Shown here piece after piece: positions 24,285 to 36,672 of a stretch of 64,000 bases of DNA. How positions within the stretch are numbered: position 1 is the stretch's first letter; each line of letters begins with the position of its first letter. Source of the DNA: Amoebophrya sp. A120 (lineage: Eukaryota > Protista > Dinoflagellata); NCBI GenBank assembly GCA_905178155.1, contig CAJINV010000010.1, positions 2,364,778-2,428,777 on the forward strand, read 5' to 3'. A program made the position numbers and the translations under genes. The notes under the pieces are model-generated. The model was not told where the DNA came from. It saw only the letters and a program-made list of their open reading frames with translations, and ran no database searches.

Positions 24285-25553
24285 CTCTCACGCAGTGGCG
24301 TGTTTGTCCCGCTGCACACTCCAGTGATGTTTCGCACTCCCGGATGAGAATGTTCCTGATAATATCATACAGAAAACTACAAGCACTCGATGTTTTTACG
24401 ACGGTCTTGTCAATAACGCAAGGAAAAGTCTCTTTGCTCAGGGCATCATAGCGCAGCAGGCCTTCGCCTTCTTGTACGATCGCTGCAATAAATAACAGAT
24501 GATTATACGATTTCTACCGTCTGATGTACTTCCTTTGCATGATCTTGACTACTTTTGACATATACACTGTCGACGTCTTTCTTTTTGATATGATCAGGGA
24601 GGTTGTCGTGCTAGTATTTGCAAACGCAAACCTGTGAGAACCAATCCTCTCCTGTGCTAGCCAATCTAACTCCTGCGAGAGCAACAGGAATGCGGAAAGA
24701 GCAGTGCCCCGTCGCTGGAGCCACTCGTTCACCGAGCGAATACGTCCAGGAGAAACTACTAAGTGGCTGCGGTAGTTTCCCGTCATGCGGCTCATCTCGT
24801 GCAGCTGTTCGGCCTCGTTGATGATTCAGAAACAAATTTTGCATTTACAGTTACTTTCTTCTCCCCCTCAAGTAGCAGCCAAATGGTTACAAATGAAAAT
24901 CCGGAAGTGCACCGCGATTCAGCCAAAAGATGATAAAATGGCGGGCTGTAATATTATCATGCGAGAAGCAAAGAAATTTGACATGCTTTGAGATGAGGTT
25001 CTACTTCTTCTTCTTCCGTGCTACAATCATACGATTGGACTCAATTAGTACACGAAGGGGTTTAGACTGTCAGATGAAATAGCGATAGTTTTATTCCAGC
25101 GCGTAAAGTTCCCCCTCTTCCATAACCGTGACAACGGGCGCCAGTAGCTAAAAATATAGGGCTTAATGAAGCTCACAAAAGACCGTACAAAACTAAGCAT
25201 TAGATGAAGTGCACCTAGACTTTCGTCCGACCGAATGTCTGCGAAAGCAAAGCGATCTTCAGTACTCATCGTACTTTTGGATCATAAAACCGAAGTGATA
25301 AAGTGCTAGCACAATCACGGCGCACAGAAGGTGATTTAGATTTTGTCTTCACCTCTACGTCTTCAGAACCGAATAGCAAAACACGATGAAATGAAGCAAA
25401 CATGACCTAATCCGATCCGACTGGCTTGTTCAGGATGCGACCGAATTGATTTTTTTTGTCGGGAACCGAGGAACGTGATGGCGTACTAGAAACGAAAAAA
25501 TTTTCAAATTCAACCGACGCCTGACTGTGCAGAAGTAGAGCAGTAGCAGTACG

Positions 25554-26286
25554 TTAGGGAGGAAAACCGGAGCCGCCGACGTGGATCCCAAAATTTTTTT
25601 TGCGGGGGCGCGCACATAGCTGCTCTCGGAAGAAAGCCACGGCCATCTGTTATCTCTGTCTGCCCACCCCGCTCGCGGCCTGCCAGCGCCCGCGCCACTG
25701 CCCCCGGCCGAGCGCACCAATCCGGCACTGCCCCAACCCCCGGGAGCGCTTATCGCCGGCGCCCGGCGCCCGGGCCCATGCCCCCTTCCGAAGGTTTGGG
25801 CACCTCCGCGGATTTCCTCGGATCTGCTTCAAATCGGGGAATTTTTTTGGGGCAGATATTTTCCCAAGATTTTCGCCTGATTTCGACCAGATTTGAAAGG
25901 GATTTTGTTGGAATGTAGTCGGGGGACGGCGTGAAAATTTCGGCCGGATTTGCCGGGGATTTCGCGCCGATTAGCCCCCCGGAGGGGGGCAAATCCTTGG
26001 CCAAACCGGGGAAATTTCCCGGGAATTTCCGGCCCTCCCGGATTTGGGCCAGATTTAAAAGGGATTTTGTCGGAACTTAGTCGGGGGACGGCGTGGTAAT
26101 TTGGGCCGGATCTGGCCCCGGTCCAGGTTGGGCCGTCCACCAGCTGGTTGGACCGGGCCGCGGAGTCTGTCGGCCCGTCCCGGTGCCCTCTGGCCCCGGG
26201 TTGTTTTCGAACAAACGATAGTCTCGGCGTGTTCATGCAAAAAAAATTTTGGGATCGACGTCGGCGGCTCCGGTTTTCCTCCCTAA
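25554..26286. mobile_element. 733 bp intergenic MITE with about 50-bp TIR starting TTAGGG and a 5-bp TSD
   Basis: TIR TTAGGGAGGAAAACCGGAGCCGCCGACGT(G/C)GATCCCAAAATTTTTTTTGC with one mismatch; TSD GTACG at 25549-25553 and 26287-26291; internal repeat of about 46 bp near 25887 and 26049. Confidence 0.88.
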
Positions 26287-26402
26287 GTACGCTAGTACAC
26301 CTCGTGATCCCAATAAACATGAAATAAATAGAAGATCGTTTCTACCGGGCTGCCACAGATAATCCGGCAGCGTAACTCTTTCTGCTGGTGGTAGAGCTAG
26401 TG

Positions 26403-28894
26403 CTATGTCTGGGAAAATGAATGACGAACCCGCGCGGTGTAGTTGCGACTGATAGACAGTTCCTCGGTTTCTCTTTCTGATGATGTCCTAGTCCTACTAG
26501 AAGTAACTGGAAGAAACTCCAGCCCCGGCAACAGGTCCGTCCTCCACAAGACCGCCACTTTTGCAACCGCGCCCACCCCCGCACCGTGCGGCGGGGGAAC
26601 AGAATTGTAGGTGTGCACAGTGACACGGGTGGAGGTAGAGGTTGTAATATCTTCTTCACCACCCCCACCGCCTCCCATCGCCGTTCTAATCTTCGGCAAG
26701 TACTCCCCCTCGATGTCGATTGCCTCCGAGTGAAAATCCTTCGTGTATCTGAGCGAGACGAATTTGCAGTACCTGAAGAGATTTCTCACATAGTGATCCG
26801 CGATGTCCCGGGAGCGCAACTCCGAAAACGCGTGGTTTGACACGCACAGGTCGTAGTGTACTTGTACTATGGGCGGAGATGAATTATTTTTGGGAGACGA
26901 GGAAGACGAAGATGCTTCTTTATCTCCAGCTCCTTCGTCAGAAAACAGCTTGAGCTCCGGCATGTTGGACAAAACTGCAGCGGAACTGCCTAGCTGCTCT
27001 TCCTGCGAACCATGATCTACTCCTCCGGAAGATCCGCTAGCTGCTGTGGCGCTTTGCACTTGCGGTGAAACAAGAACTTCCTCCTCCTCCTCTGAGTAAG
27101 CCAATAACTGCGACGTTGCTAGATACGCCAAATCTTCCACCTCCGGCAAGTCAGCGAAGGTGTAGGACTTTATCCTCTCTTTCCCATAAACGCTGAAGAA
27201 ACAGAACGCGAACCCACCGTGCCCCACACCGATTTCCGCAATCCGGATGGTACCCGGCTGCGGTTTTGATGCTGATGCTGATGCTACTGCTACTCCTGCG
27301 CTGCGGAGGTTAATTGTACTAGCAGGAGTTTGTTCAACAACATCTTCTTCACTACTCTTGGCCAACAAAGCCTCGACGACTGGGTGCAGATCCAGCAGTT
27401 CCCGGACATATCTCACCATCGTCGGCGAAATTTTTCCCACTGGGTCCTGAAAATCTGCGAGTAAGGGACCCCCGATGCCGTTCGTCCGGCGGAGGTGCTG
27501 CCAGAGGACAGAGTCGCGGTCGAACAAGAGCGAGTGGGAGTTGCTGTGCTGGTCTGCACGACTTGTAGTTCCACTTTCGGCTCGTGTTCTTGTACTGCTT
27601 GTTCTTCTCATCCCCCGCAGCAACGCCTTGACATAAGCGTGGTTTTCGTACCCCTCCTGCGGGGTCACGTGCTCGAGGATCAGTCGGTAGTGCCGGTTGC
27701 GCTTGAAGTTGTCGATGGTGCATTTTGAATCTTTTCTCCGAATGTTTTCGTTCAACATCTCGAATTTCCCCTCCGCAAACTCCTCCTTCTTGCTGCAAAA
27801 GTGCTCTTCCGGGTTCAGCGTTGCCAAAAAGTCCTCCGACGTTCCCCTTCGCTTCAGCAGCCGCTGCAGCAGCACCGTCTTCACCCTGTTACGGTGCTTG
27901 GCAGAAGCGGCATAGTACCGCTTTCTGTTCTGGTTCATCTGCGCAGCAACAGGGGCTGCAGATGATTTTTTCCTCGTGGCTGTTACAACAGACAAGGTAG
28001 TTACTCCGTGGTCTACTGACCCTTTGAAGTAGGAGCTCTCGGAAGTAGAACTTGCTCGCGGCCCGCCTGTAGTTTTCACGAAATCCAGCAAAACCTCCTG
28101 TATGCGGTGCAAAAGTGTCGTAGTCGTATAAATGCATTACAAATTTCCTCAGCATGAGAAATAAAATCTGGAGTGCGGATTCACCTTGAGAAAAAAATTT
28201 GTAATGCATGACTGCAATACGAGTACGATACTTTTGCACAGGATATCCTGCGCGCACCGACGGTAGGCGACCGCTTGGTGGCAGGTGACCAGCCAATCTT
28301 TGTCGGGCCGGCGCAGTATCAAATGTAAAAATGTCTGGGTCTGCAAGAGTCGTGCTGTTTTTGCATGACACAGGAGCTCTGGCGTGGAAGCTCTAGCATC
28401 ACAGCTCTCGAGAAGCTTCCGCCATGCCGAATCCGCATGACAAATCCGCCATTTTGGTGACAGAAAGTGGGCAGCTTTTGCTACCTATGCATGAGAGATC
28501 TTTCTGTGTATGTGTTCTGAAATGCGCATCGCAAGTTTGTATTCTTCTAGACCCAGACATTATTGCAATCCATACGCAGTTCCGGGGGCACATTGTAGTC
28601 TGTGGCGACGGGGGGAACGAAAAAATCCGGGCCCGCTTGTACGGTTGCGTCGGCAGAAGCAAAAAAGCACATGGCGATAATTGCAGCTTTCACGAGGACC
28701 GAGACGACAGGGGTAACGTAGTAGGTCCTGGTGGTAAAAAAGCAGATGTCCAACAGCTGAGATAAAAGATCACTCCGAGAACGTCTTCGCCTGGAATTCG
28801 CGATTCTTGGATTTGACCTCAGCTTCAAGGTTGGACACGATGGTAAAAACCGTTCGGAGCCTTGGATGATCTTCGCATCGCTGGAGGCGCGCAT
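26403..28894 (-). CDS. Putative SAM-dependent sugar O-methyltransferase-like protein with N-terminal hydrophobic segment
   Basis: Motifs FKRNRHYRLILEHV, GKISPTMVRY, IAEIGVGHGG, DLPEV and YDLCVSNHAFSEL. Upstream exons join in frame after removing 28317-28574 (ELR|RPD) and 28101-28245 (AQ|EVLL). Confidence 0.7.
28101..28245. mobile_element. Introner family F (145 bp)
   Basis: TIR TAT...GTGCAAAAGT(G/A)TCGTA; TSD TCCTG. Confidence 0.88.
28317..28574. mobile_element. Introner family A
   Basis: TSD CGCAG. Confidence 0.88.
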
Positions 28895-29426
28895 GCTCGC
28901 ATCGGGGTGCGAGTGGTCCCAGTTGCTACTCTGCGCAGGGAGAGACTTGTTTAGGTGGCTGCAATTTTGGACTTAAAGGGGCTCTTTTTCTTGTTTTCAG
29001 TTCGATATCGTTCGTTGTACAGATTGGCGTTGAGACTTGGAGGCGACATGTCAAGCCGAAGCAGCGCCTTCAGTGTTTGTACGATTGTTTGACCTTCCCA
29101 AACAAAGACGAACGAGAAAAAAAAACCGATCGTCCGATACCGACTTCCGAATCGAAAATCACAGGTCGGGAAGCGACCAACGAGCACCTGCTGAACATCA
29201 AAATATTTCAGTCGTGACGTACTAGAAAGAACCATAGCTGCAAAGTGCTTCGGGAGGAGGATGATCCCAGCTCAGCAGGAACAAGGAGACTATGTGTGTC
29301 GTCACTACTGCTTTCGAGAATCGAAAGAGATAAATCGTAATCGATTTCTTGAAGAAGCGTCTAGAACTGAAAAATTTTCTATGGCATCGTGTTTGTAACT
29401 TCGTTCACAACACCGTGAAGAGATTT

Positions 29427-32400
29427 TCACTTCAACATCGCCCACATGGCATCCTGAATTTCCACAGCAACATTTTCACGTTGAAACCAGTCTGACGTTG
29501 ACAATCTACCAAAACTGCACCTCGTCCTCTCTACAACTTCTTCATCGCCAAGGCTGGAAAGAGCAGCTTGATCCCCAACAAGAGCAAGACCTTGATCTGC
29601 ATCACTCCCTGAAGAAAAATCCAATCCACAGGCCTCGAGGAAAAAGCACCCGAGAAACATCCGGTCTTCTTTCTCTGTGGCGTAGCTACTGTGCAGTTTC
29701 CTCATAGCGGACGACGAAAACGTCCCAATAACTCGGCTCAAGGCCGTGACCGTGGCCGCTTCGGTTTCCCGCACCAGTTTTTTTTCGGACGCCCACTCTT
29801 GCAACAACGCGCGACGGTGCACGCGGTCGGATTCCGTGTCCAGCACCGGGTAGAAATCGAGGCTGGAAGACGTGGAGGAAAGGGCAGCGTTTGTCTCCTT
29901 GCTTTTCGTCCCTTCGGTAATTCTTTGTGGAGGTAGTTGTGTTGGGGAATTAGACTGGAGGTCCTGCTTCTCGCCGCCGCTGGCATGATCGGTTTCATCA
30001 AGAGCCTGCCCTTGTCCCTGGTATTCTGTTTCGTCCCTTTCCCCTTCTTCATTATCCATCTTCAGCGCGTCGCGCTTCGCCTGCTCGTCGGCCCAAAAAT
30101 TTGTTGTCGAAGACATCATCATCTCATTCGTCGAACCCTGCTGCGATCTCAACAGCATCTGCTTTGTCTTCTGCAAATGGGCGTCCTTTGCTGGTCGTGA
30201 TGGAAGTTGTGCGGTTTTATTACTGCTGCTCGCCAATAATTCGCTCTCCTGGTCCTTCTCAGCAACCGAATTTCCATTCCGCTCAACAGCAGTGCCTGCT
30301 TTTGTTTCTGTTTGTTCATCACCCTCCTGCTGTTCCACTGACTGCGCAAGCACATCCTGTTCAAACCCCTTTGCGGCTTTTCCCCTCTCCCGGATCTTCC
30401 GCACCAGTTCCACCGTGCTCGGCTGGATCAAGGCCTGCAGTGCCCGAAGTTGCCGCATGCCGAAGGACAACGTCAAGGGCAGGTTTCTGCTGATTTGCGT
30501 GTCCTATCAAATGCAAAAGTGTCTGGGTCTGGAAGTATTGCGAGGTTTGTCAGGCATTTTTTGCATGACGCCTGACGCCTGTAATGCATGACCTAGCACC
30601 ACAGATTTTTAGAGGCCCTCCTGATGCCTAATCCGCATGATCAATAGCCTCTACTCCGCGTTGCACAAACTGGACTCACTTTGCTGGTCGTGCAATACAG
30701 ATTTTTTTGGAATCCAAAGACAGCATTACAAGTTGCAATCTTCCAGACCCAGACATATTTGCAATCCATATGTCCATGTAGAAGCTTTGGACGATGGAAT
30801 CCATGGAGAAGTGGCCATCATCTTCGTGGTCTACTTGGTCTGCTTGTGCTTTATTTTCGGTTACGCTATCGTCAACAAACTCCGCGATGTTACCATTGAC
30901 ATCCTCATTGTCATTCTCATCATCCTCTTCGCAAATGATGTCCTCCTCATCATCCCCGTCTACAGGATGCATGTCGCCATCAAGAACAGGTGGTTCTGGT
31001 TTTCCTCCTTCCACCGATGCTGGTGGACCTCGTGCTTTGACGGTAAAAGTTGTTGTACTAGAATTATCCTGTGCGTTATTCGTGCTGTAGTTGTTCCCGC
31101 TGGTTTTAATATTAGTCTTCGATGCAAATGAAGTCGGGTCGTTTATTGCTCGATCTAGTTCCGGTGTGGTCGTCGTCGAACTGCTAGCGGTTGTGTTAGG
31201 CGTGCTGGAACAAGCTGTAGTTGTGATCATGATCCTCGTAGTAGTTGTTTTTCCGCATGAAGTAGATTTTGCTTCTTCTGTCACGTCTTCTATCAAGATT
31301 CCGTTTTGTTCCTCTTCGCCAGTCGCCTTTATTTCTCCTGACCGACCTGCTTCTGCATCTGCAAGACAATAATTTTCTTCCTCTTCTTCCTCCAAAATCA
31401 CCGGCATGATCCTTCTGTCGTCATTCTCCGGCAAATCTGTCCCGCATTCTATCGTAAGAAAAAACTGTTTCACTGTAAAGATTTTGCAAGTTTTGCATTA
31501 CAAATTCGCTACACATTACAAAGAAAACTTGCCATGCGAGGATCCTAAGGGAAAACACCGCTAAGAATCACTTGTCTTGCATGTGTAGCAAGACACACAC
31601 TTCAGTGATGAATTTTTTGCATCACAAGTTCACAGTGAAACAGTTTTTTCTTGCGATACGTTCCACAATAGAAACCGCCGCGACCCGCCGCTGCACGTCC
31701 GGAATGTTGACGACCGGGTGCTGCTGCAGATTCGCCCGCCGATTTATTTTCCCCGCTGCGGAAGTTGTAGATGGAGGTTTTACTACTTCTAATGCGCGTC
31801 GTGCAGATGAAATGTCGTAAGGCTGTTGCGAGGACCTCCGAGATTCATCTTCTAGATAGTTCGTCGTCTTCCCTTGTTGTTGATTTCTCTTCACTACCTC
31901 TTCTAAAGTGGGAAACATCGCGGCGGCGGCTTGTTCGAACACACTTTCGTCCATCATCAGCTCCGTTTCCCACCCCGCTTCGTCCTCAAAAGTTTCCAGG
32001 GTCGTGAGCTTTGTTGGATTTTCCTTCTCGACGGCATTGGAGCTGATGTTCTTCCGGTCGTTAGGACCACGGCGACCCAAGTTTTCATCTATGTTCTCAG
32101 GGACGACGAGAGCAGGCGAAGCAAGGCCAGAATGACCTACTTCATGCTGATCCTTCTCGTCTCTGTTCTCCAGCAAAGCATCAAATCTCGCCCGCTCCCT
32201 CCGCAGGTCTTCCGCCACTTGCTGCTTGACCGTTTCAGAGATTTCTTCTAAATTCTTGTCCACCGTGGACCACTCGGGTTCGTTGGACAGTTTTTCCTCC
32301 TTGTACAGAAACACCTTCTTCTGGCACTCCATCGAGCAAAACTTTCCCAACTCATTCAACTCCAAAACTTTCGACCCTCTGTCCCGTACGAGGTACTTTT

Positions 32401-32965
32401 TCTTCTTGTTTGCTCCGGATAAGATATTCAAGTTTTTGCAGCCAAACCTTCCGCACAAATCGACCATCGCCCGCTCCTCCACGATCCCGTCAATGTGGTC
32501 TTTCTTCAAAAATTTGCTGGCGAAATCGAGCAACTGAGGATCTTCCTTGGTCAGTTGCGCGAGCTGCAGCTGGAGCTCGAAGATCTGCTTCTTCACCTCC
32601 CGAAGTTGCAAACCGCGGTGGAAAATCTTTTGCTCGCTGGATGTAGTATTGTCGCGAATGATCGATGGGTCGTGAGATGCAGCTGTGGAGCAAGAACTGC
32701 TAGAGGAACTACTGCGATTATAATTGTCGCTCAGCAATTTTTGTACCCGTGCCGTGGGGGTAGTAGAAGAAGTGGTCGTAGCTGGAAGAATCTCCTGTTG
32801 CTCCGCGGCTGCGGTGGTTAGCTTTTCCAATAGCTCCTGCTTCTTGCGGGCTTGGGTGCTGGAAGCGGCTCCGCGGCTCCCGAGGAGAGGCATTGTTGCT
32901 GTCGCTGGAGGGATAATTGACGTGCTGGCGCGAGTTGTAGAAGGGGTGCGGAGCGGGTGCGTCAT
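29427..32965 (-). CDS. RPAP2: RPAP2/Rtr1-like RNA polymerase II CTD phosphatase
   Basis: IVEERAMVDLCGRFGC...KYLVR...KFCSMEC matches the Rtr1/RPAP2 zinc-binding domain. Three exons join in frame after removing 31450-31658 and 30505-30770 (YMD|TQISRNLPLTLSFG). Confidence 0.8.
30505..30770. mobile_element. Introner family A
   Basis: TSD TGTCC. Confidence 0.88.
31450..31658. mobile_element. Introner family D
   Basis: TSD CATTC/CGTTC. Confidence 0.88.
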
Positions 32966-35900
32966 TTTTGATGTTCTAAAAAGTACTCGAAGGGATCAGT
33001 GACGGAGATCGCAATGGATGGCTGGGGATCAAGAACATGCTATGTAGGAAAAATACGGAAATGTGTATGAATATCTAGAAGAATAAAGGCCTGTAAAGCA
33101 GTGAGGAGCGGCAATAATCCATTATTAGCTTGCTCTGATCCCGGCGTCGATCATGATAGTGCTCAATTGCGCACAGCGTAAGTGCCGCACTGGACTTTCT
33201 ATTCTAGAACCCCGACGCATCCGCCGGTCGCAGTTTAGGTTCTGCGCCGATGTATAATTCTGTTGGTGCCATCCGTGCAACGGCGAGGAATGTCAGCCAA
33301 CGCCTCCAGCCGGAACGCCTGCTACTGCAGGATCGGTCGAAGCAGACAAGCATCACGAGACCCGCACGGGGACGGCCTCACAGGCCTTGCATTACAGCAG
33401 AAGCCAAACTAACTGGAGAAACAACACAACGCCCGGCTAGCCAATCCCACTGCGCCCTTCCGAGAGGCGGCCGGCCAGCGAGCAGAGCGGCGCCGCGGCG
33501 CCATGCCGACGGTGCGCACCTACGAAGCGCCACCGCCGGCCCTTCTGAAAAAACCCCGCACGGCGCCGGGCGCCACGCCTCTTCTTCAAGGGCGGGCACA
33601 GAATGAAACGCGCCCGCCGCCTGCGCAGGCGCCGGGGGCCTGCCCGGAACTGCTGGCTGGAGGACGCGGGAAGGCCAGCCTGGCGGAGGCCGCCGCCGGA
33701 GCGAGCCCCTAGGGCTTCCGGCGCACTCGCACGAACAGCGCACCCGGGGGCGCCCTTCCTGGCGCGGCTGCTGGCGCGCCCGGCTTCGCCGCCGCGCGCT
33801 TCTGCCCGGGGCCCTTGCGCATCTCGGCAGAGCTTCCCGCGCGCCCCTTGCATCTGCGCCGATTTGCGCTTGCCGTGTGCTGCCCTTCCTTGCAGGTTTT
33901 GGAGGCGCGAGGCATGCCGGTCCTTCGCTGCTTGTAGGGGGGTCAACCCTTTGCCCTTTGGCGCGGCCGCGGGCTTCGGAACAGCCGCGGCGTTCTCCCG
34001 GGCCCGGTCGGGCCTTGGTTTTTGGCCTGCTTGCCGAAAAACCGCACGCAAGGGCGGCGCCGCCGGCCGGCTGGCTGCCGAGCCACACATGGTTGGCCAT
34101 TTGCACGCAATGGCCCGCCCGAATCTACGCCGCGGCCCTTCGGCCGCGCGCCCCCCCCCGAAGCGGCGCCCGGGCCGCCACCGCCACGAAGCGCCGCGCG
34201 CGCCAGGAATCGGGCCGCCCGACCGGCGCGCCCCCAACTTATTTAGCCCGCAACAGCCCCGCCACCGTGGCGCGCCCGCGCTGCACCACAGCCGGGGCGG
34301 AGTGCTTGAGAAGGAACAAAGAAGCGCGCCGCCCGGCTTGAAGTGCAACAAACTGGGTGGGCCACCGGCGCCCGGCCAAACAATTCCCCCTGCGGCGTTC
34401 CCCCTGCCTCCGCACGCCCGCCGCGCCGATCCTAGGCAAGGGGGCCCCAAGCTGCGTCTTTGTCGGCCCCCCGGCCCCATCTATCACGGCCGCGGCCGGG
34501 CACGGGAGCCAGGCAATGGCGGGCCAAAGACTCTGTGCCGAGGTTGCTCCACTCTTCAGATGCAGCACCAGCCGACTGCTGCGCAGCGACATCCACGCAC
34601 TCGGCAACCTGGCAGACGGCGGGCGCCGACGCCATAAAAATGGCAAAAGCAGCAACAACGCGCAGGGCCCACGCCCTTCGCGCGCCAGTCAGTGCAAAAC
34701 TTCGAGCGCGCTAAGTTTCCCTCTGCTTTGTGCCCGGTGTGCTTGCTGTCCTGCGGCCCAAAGCCGCAACAGCGGGACGTGGCACGCCTTTACCTAAGCG
34801 CCAGGCCGTGGCAGGTCGGGCCGCTGCAGCCGGGGACAGGGGCGGCAACTGCCGCACGCAAGTGCCGACAAGTGCGGCCGGCCACAAAGTGCCCGCCCGT
34901 CGGGTTGCTCCCGCGCAGCGAAAGCAAAACCGCGACGGTTGCGGCATGCGGAAAGTCCCGGCCCCCACGCTGCGCAACACGAACGCCGGCGCCTTTTCTT
35001 AGTCGGGCGGATCAATTCACTTCCTTCGGCAAGTACGGAGATTTTCCAGCTGTGTTACTGCGACAGCCTTGCGAACAACATTTTTTTGCGCCCAAGATCG
35101 TGAATTTTCAAGAGCTCGGGCTCCCGTCCTCGTCGTGCCCAGTTCAGATCCGAGCCAGCATTTTCATTATATCTTCTGATTTGTGCGTGAAAAAAATGTT
35201 CGTTTATCTCCATTGTTCTTCGCGGGATCATCAATTTCGATCCGCTTTGATGTTGTTCTACGAGCTGTCACAATTTCGATTTTCACATGTTCACCAAGAA
35301 ATGCAAGCGCAAGAGAAAACATGCCACCAAATTAAAACGTCACCACAGGGTTCAAATGTGCTTCTGCTTACTTGGCGCGCATCAACTTTCTAAATAAAAT
35401 AGTGCTACCCTTCGATGAATCGGATCGTTTGCCTACGCCAGTTTTGTAGCGCAACCAAGCCGACCCATCATGCACACACCACGGAGACAAACTATGGAAA
35501 TATATAAACTCTCTGCTTCTACACGACACACACAGGTCATAAAAAAATTACTCCCCCGGGTCTTCATGTCAACATGTCATGGTACTTAGTTGTACATCAA
35601 CCCTGGAGGTCTTTCGCACTATCTAAATACAACAGCGTGGTCCGCTAACCAGAACTGCTGCACTGAGCCTTTTCGCCGAGCAGCTTTGGTCGTAGCGTAA
35701 GAAAGTGACAGAGACTAGATCTAAAATCACTAAAGCTTTTTGCATTTCAAAATAAGTTCTCAAGAAAAAGAGCCCACACGTGGACGTAGTAAAGTCACGA
35801 CAATAACTGTGAAATAATTTCGATTATTTTAGTGGTATTTATCAAGCTAAGCTTTGCTCGAAGGAGCACCTTTTCTTCTCCATCTGCAGTGCAAACGCAA

Positions 35901-36672
35901 AGTGGCGAAATGCCACATCTTCCCGAAAGAAAAACTATGTAGCAAACCACGGTGGCCATCAACTTTGTTCATTTTGTGCCTGGCTTGCTCCTTCTCAGAA
36001 ACTCATCCCAGTCCACTCGTTTGAGTTGCGACTGCGTATCATGCAATAATCATCCCCAGCAGAAGGTGGGGCAGCTGCTCGTCCGCAGAATCCACGGACG
36101 GAGGTGCTTGCTTTGTATTGATGCAGAGACTGTAGTCTTGTAAACCTAGTATCAAACGTCTTCTATACTCCGATCTTCCTAGTGAGAAATGATAATTCCA
36201 GTCAGCCCTTTTTTGTTGAGTCTGATTCTCATTCTGTTTCTTGTTGTGATAATCGAAAAAACGCGGTATGGTTCCGTAAATAAATCATCTGCGGTATACT
36301 TTGCGATAGATCAACTAAATAAATCTGGTTTCAGATTTGTCTGCGAAAAGTTTAAGTTGTAAATCTCAATCCTATAGTGTAGATTTTTACGCTAGCCGGC
36401 TTATTTGCGCTTGTTATTTCTCGACGTAAATCCTTGTTGCGCAAAGTCGTGATAATTTTTCTTCGCGATGTATTGTACTTGTATCGTAAGTAGATTTCTA
36501 TCGGAATAGCGCGTATTTTTCTGGATAATTTTGATTCTGCGAATAAATTTAGTATGGTTATGCTTGTTCAGTACGACAGTTGTTTAATAGACACTGTTAC
36601 GCTAGGACCTTTTTGCCCCAAGAGCCACACATACAAGTCTGCTCGCTGACCCTGCTAAAACCGCATTTCCGT

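Noticed and set aside
24876-24889. Possible dinoflagellate spliced-leader relic GTAACCATTTGGCT on the minus strand
   Set aside because: Short match with a mismatch and a gap, lacking the CAAG end; compatible with chance.
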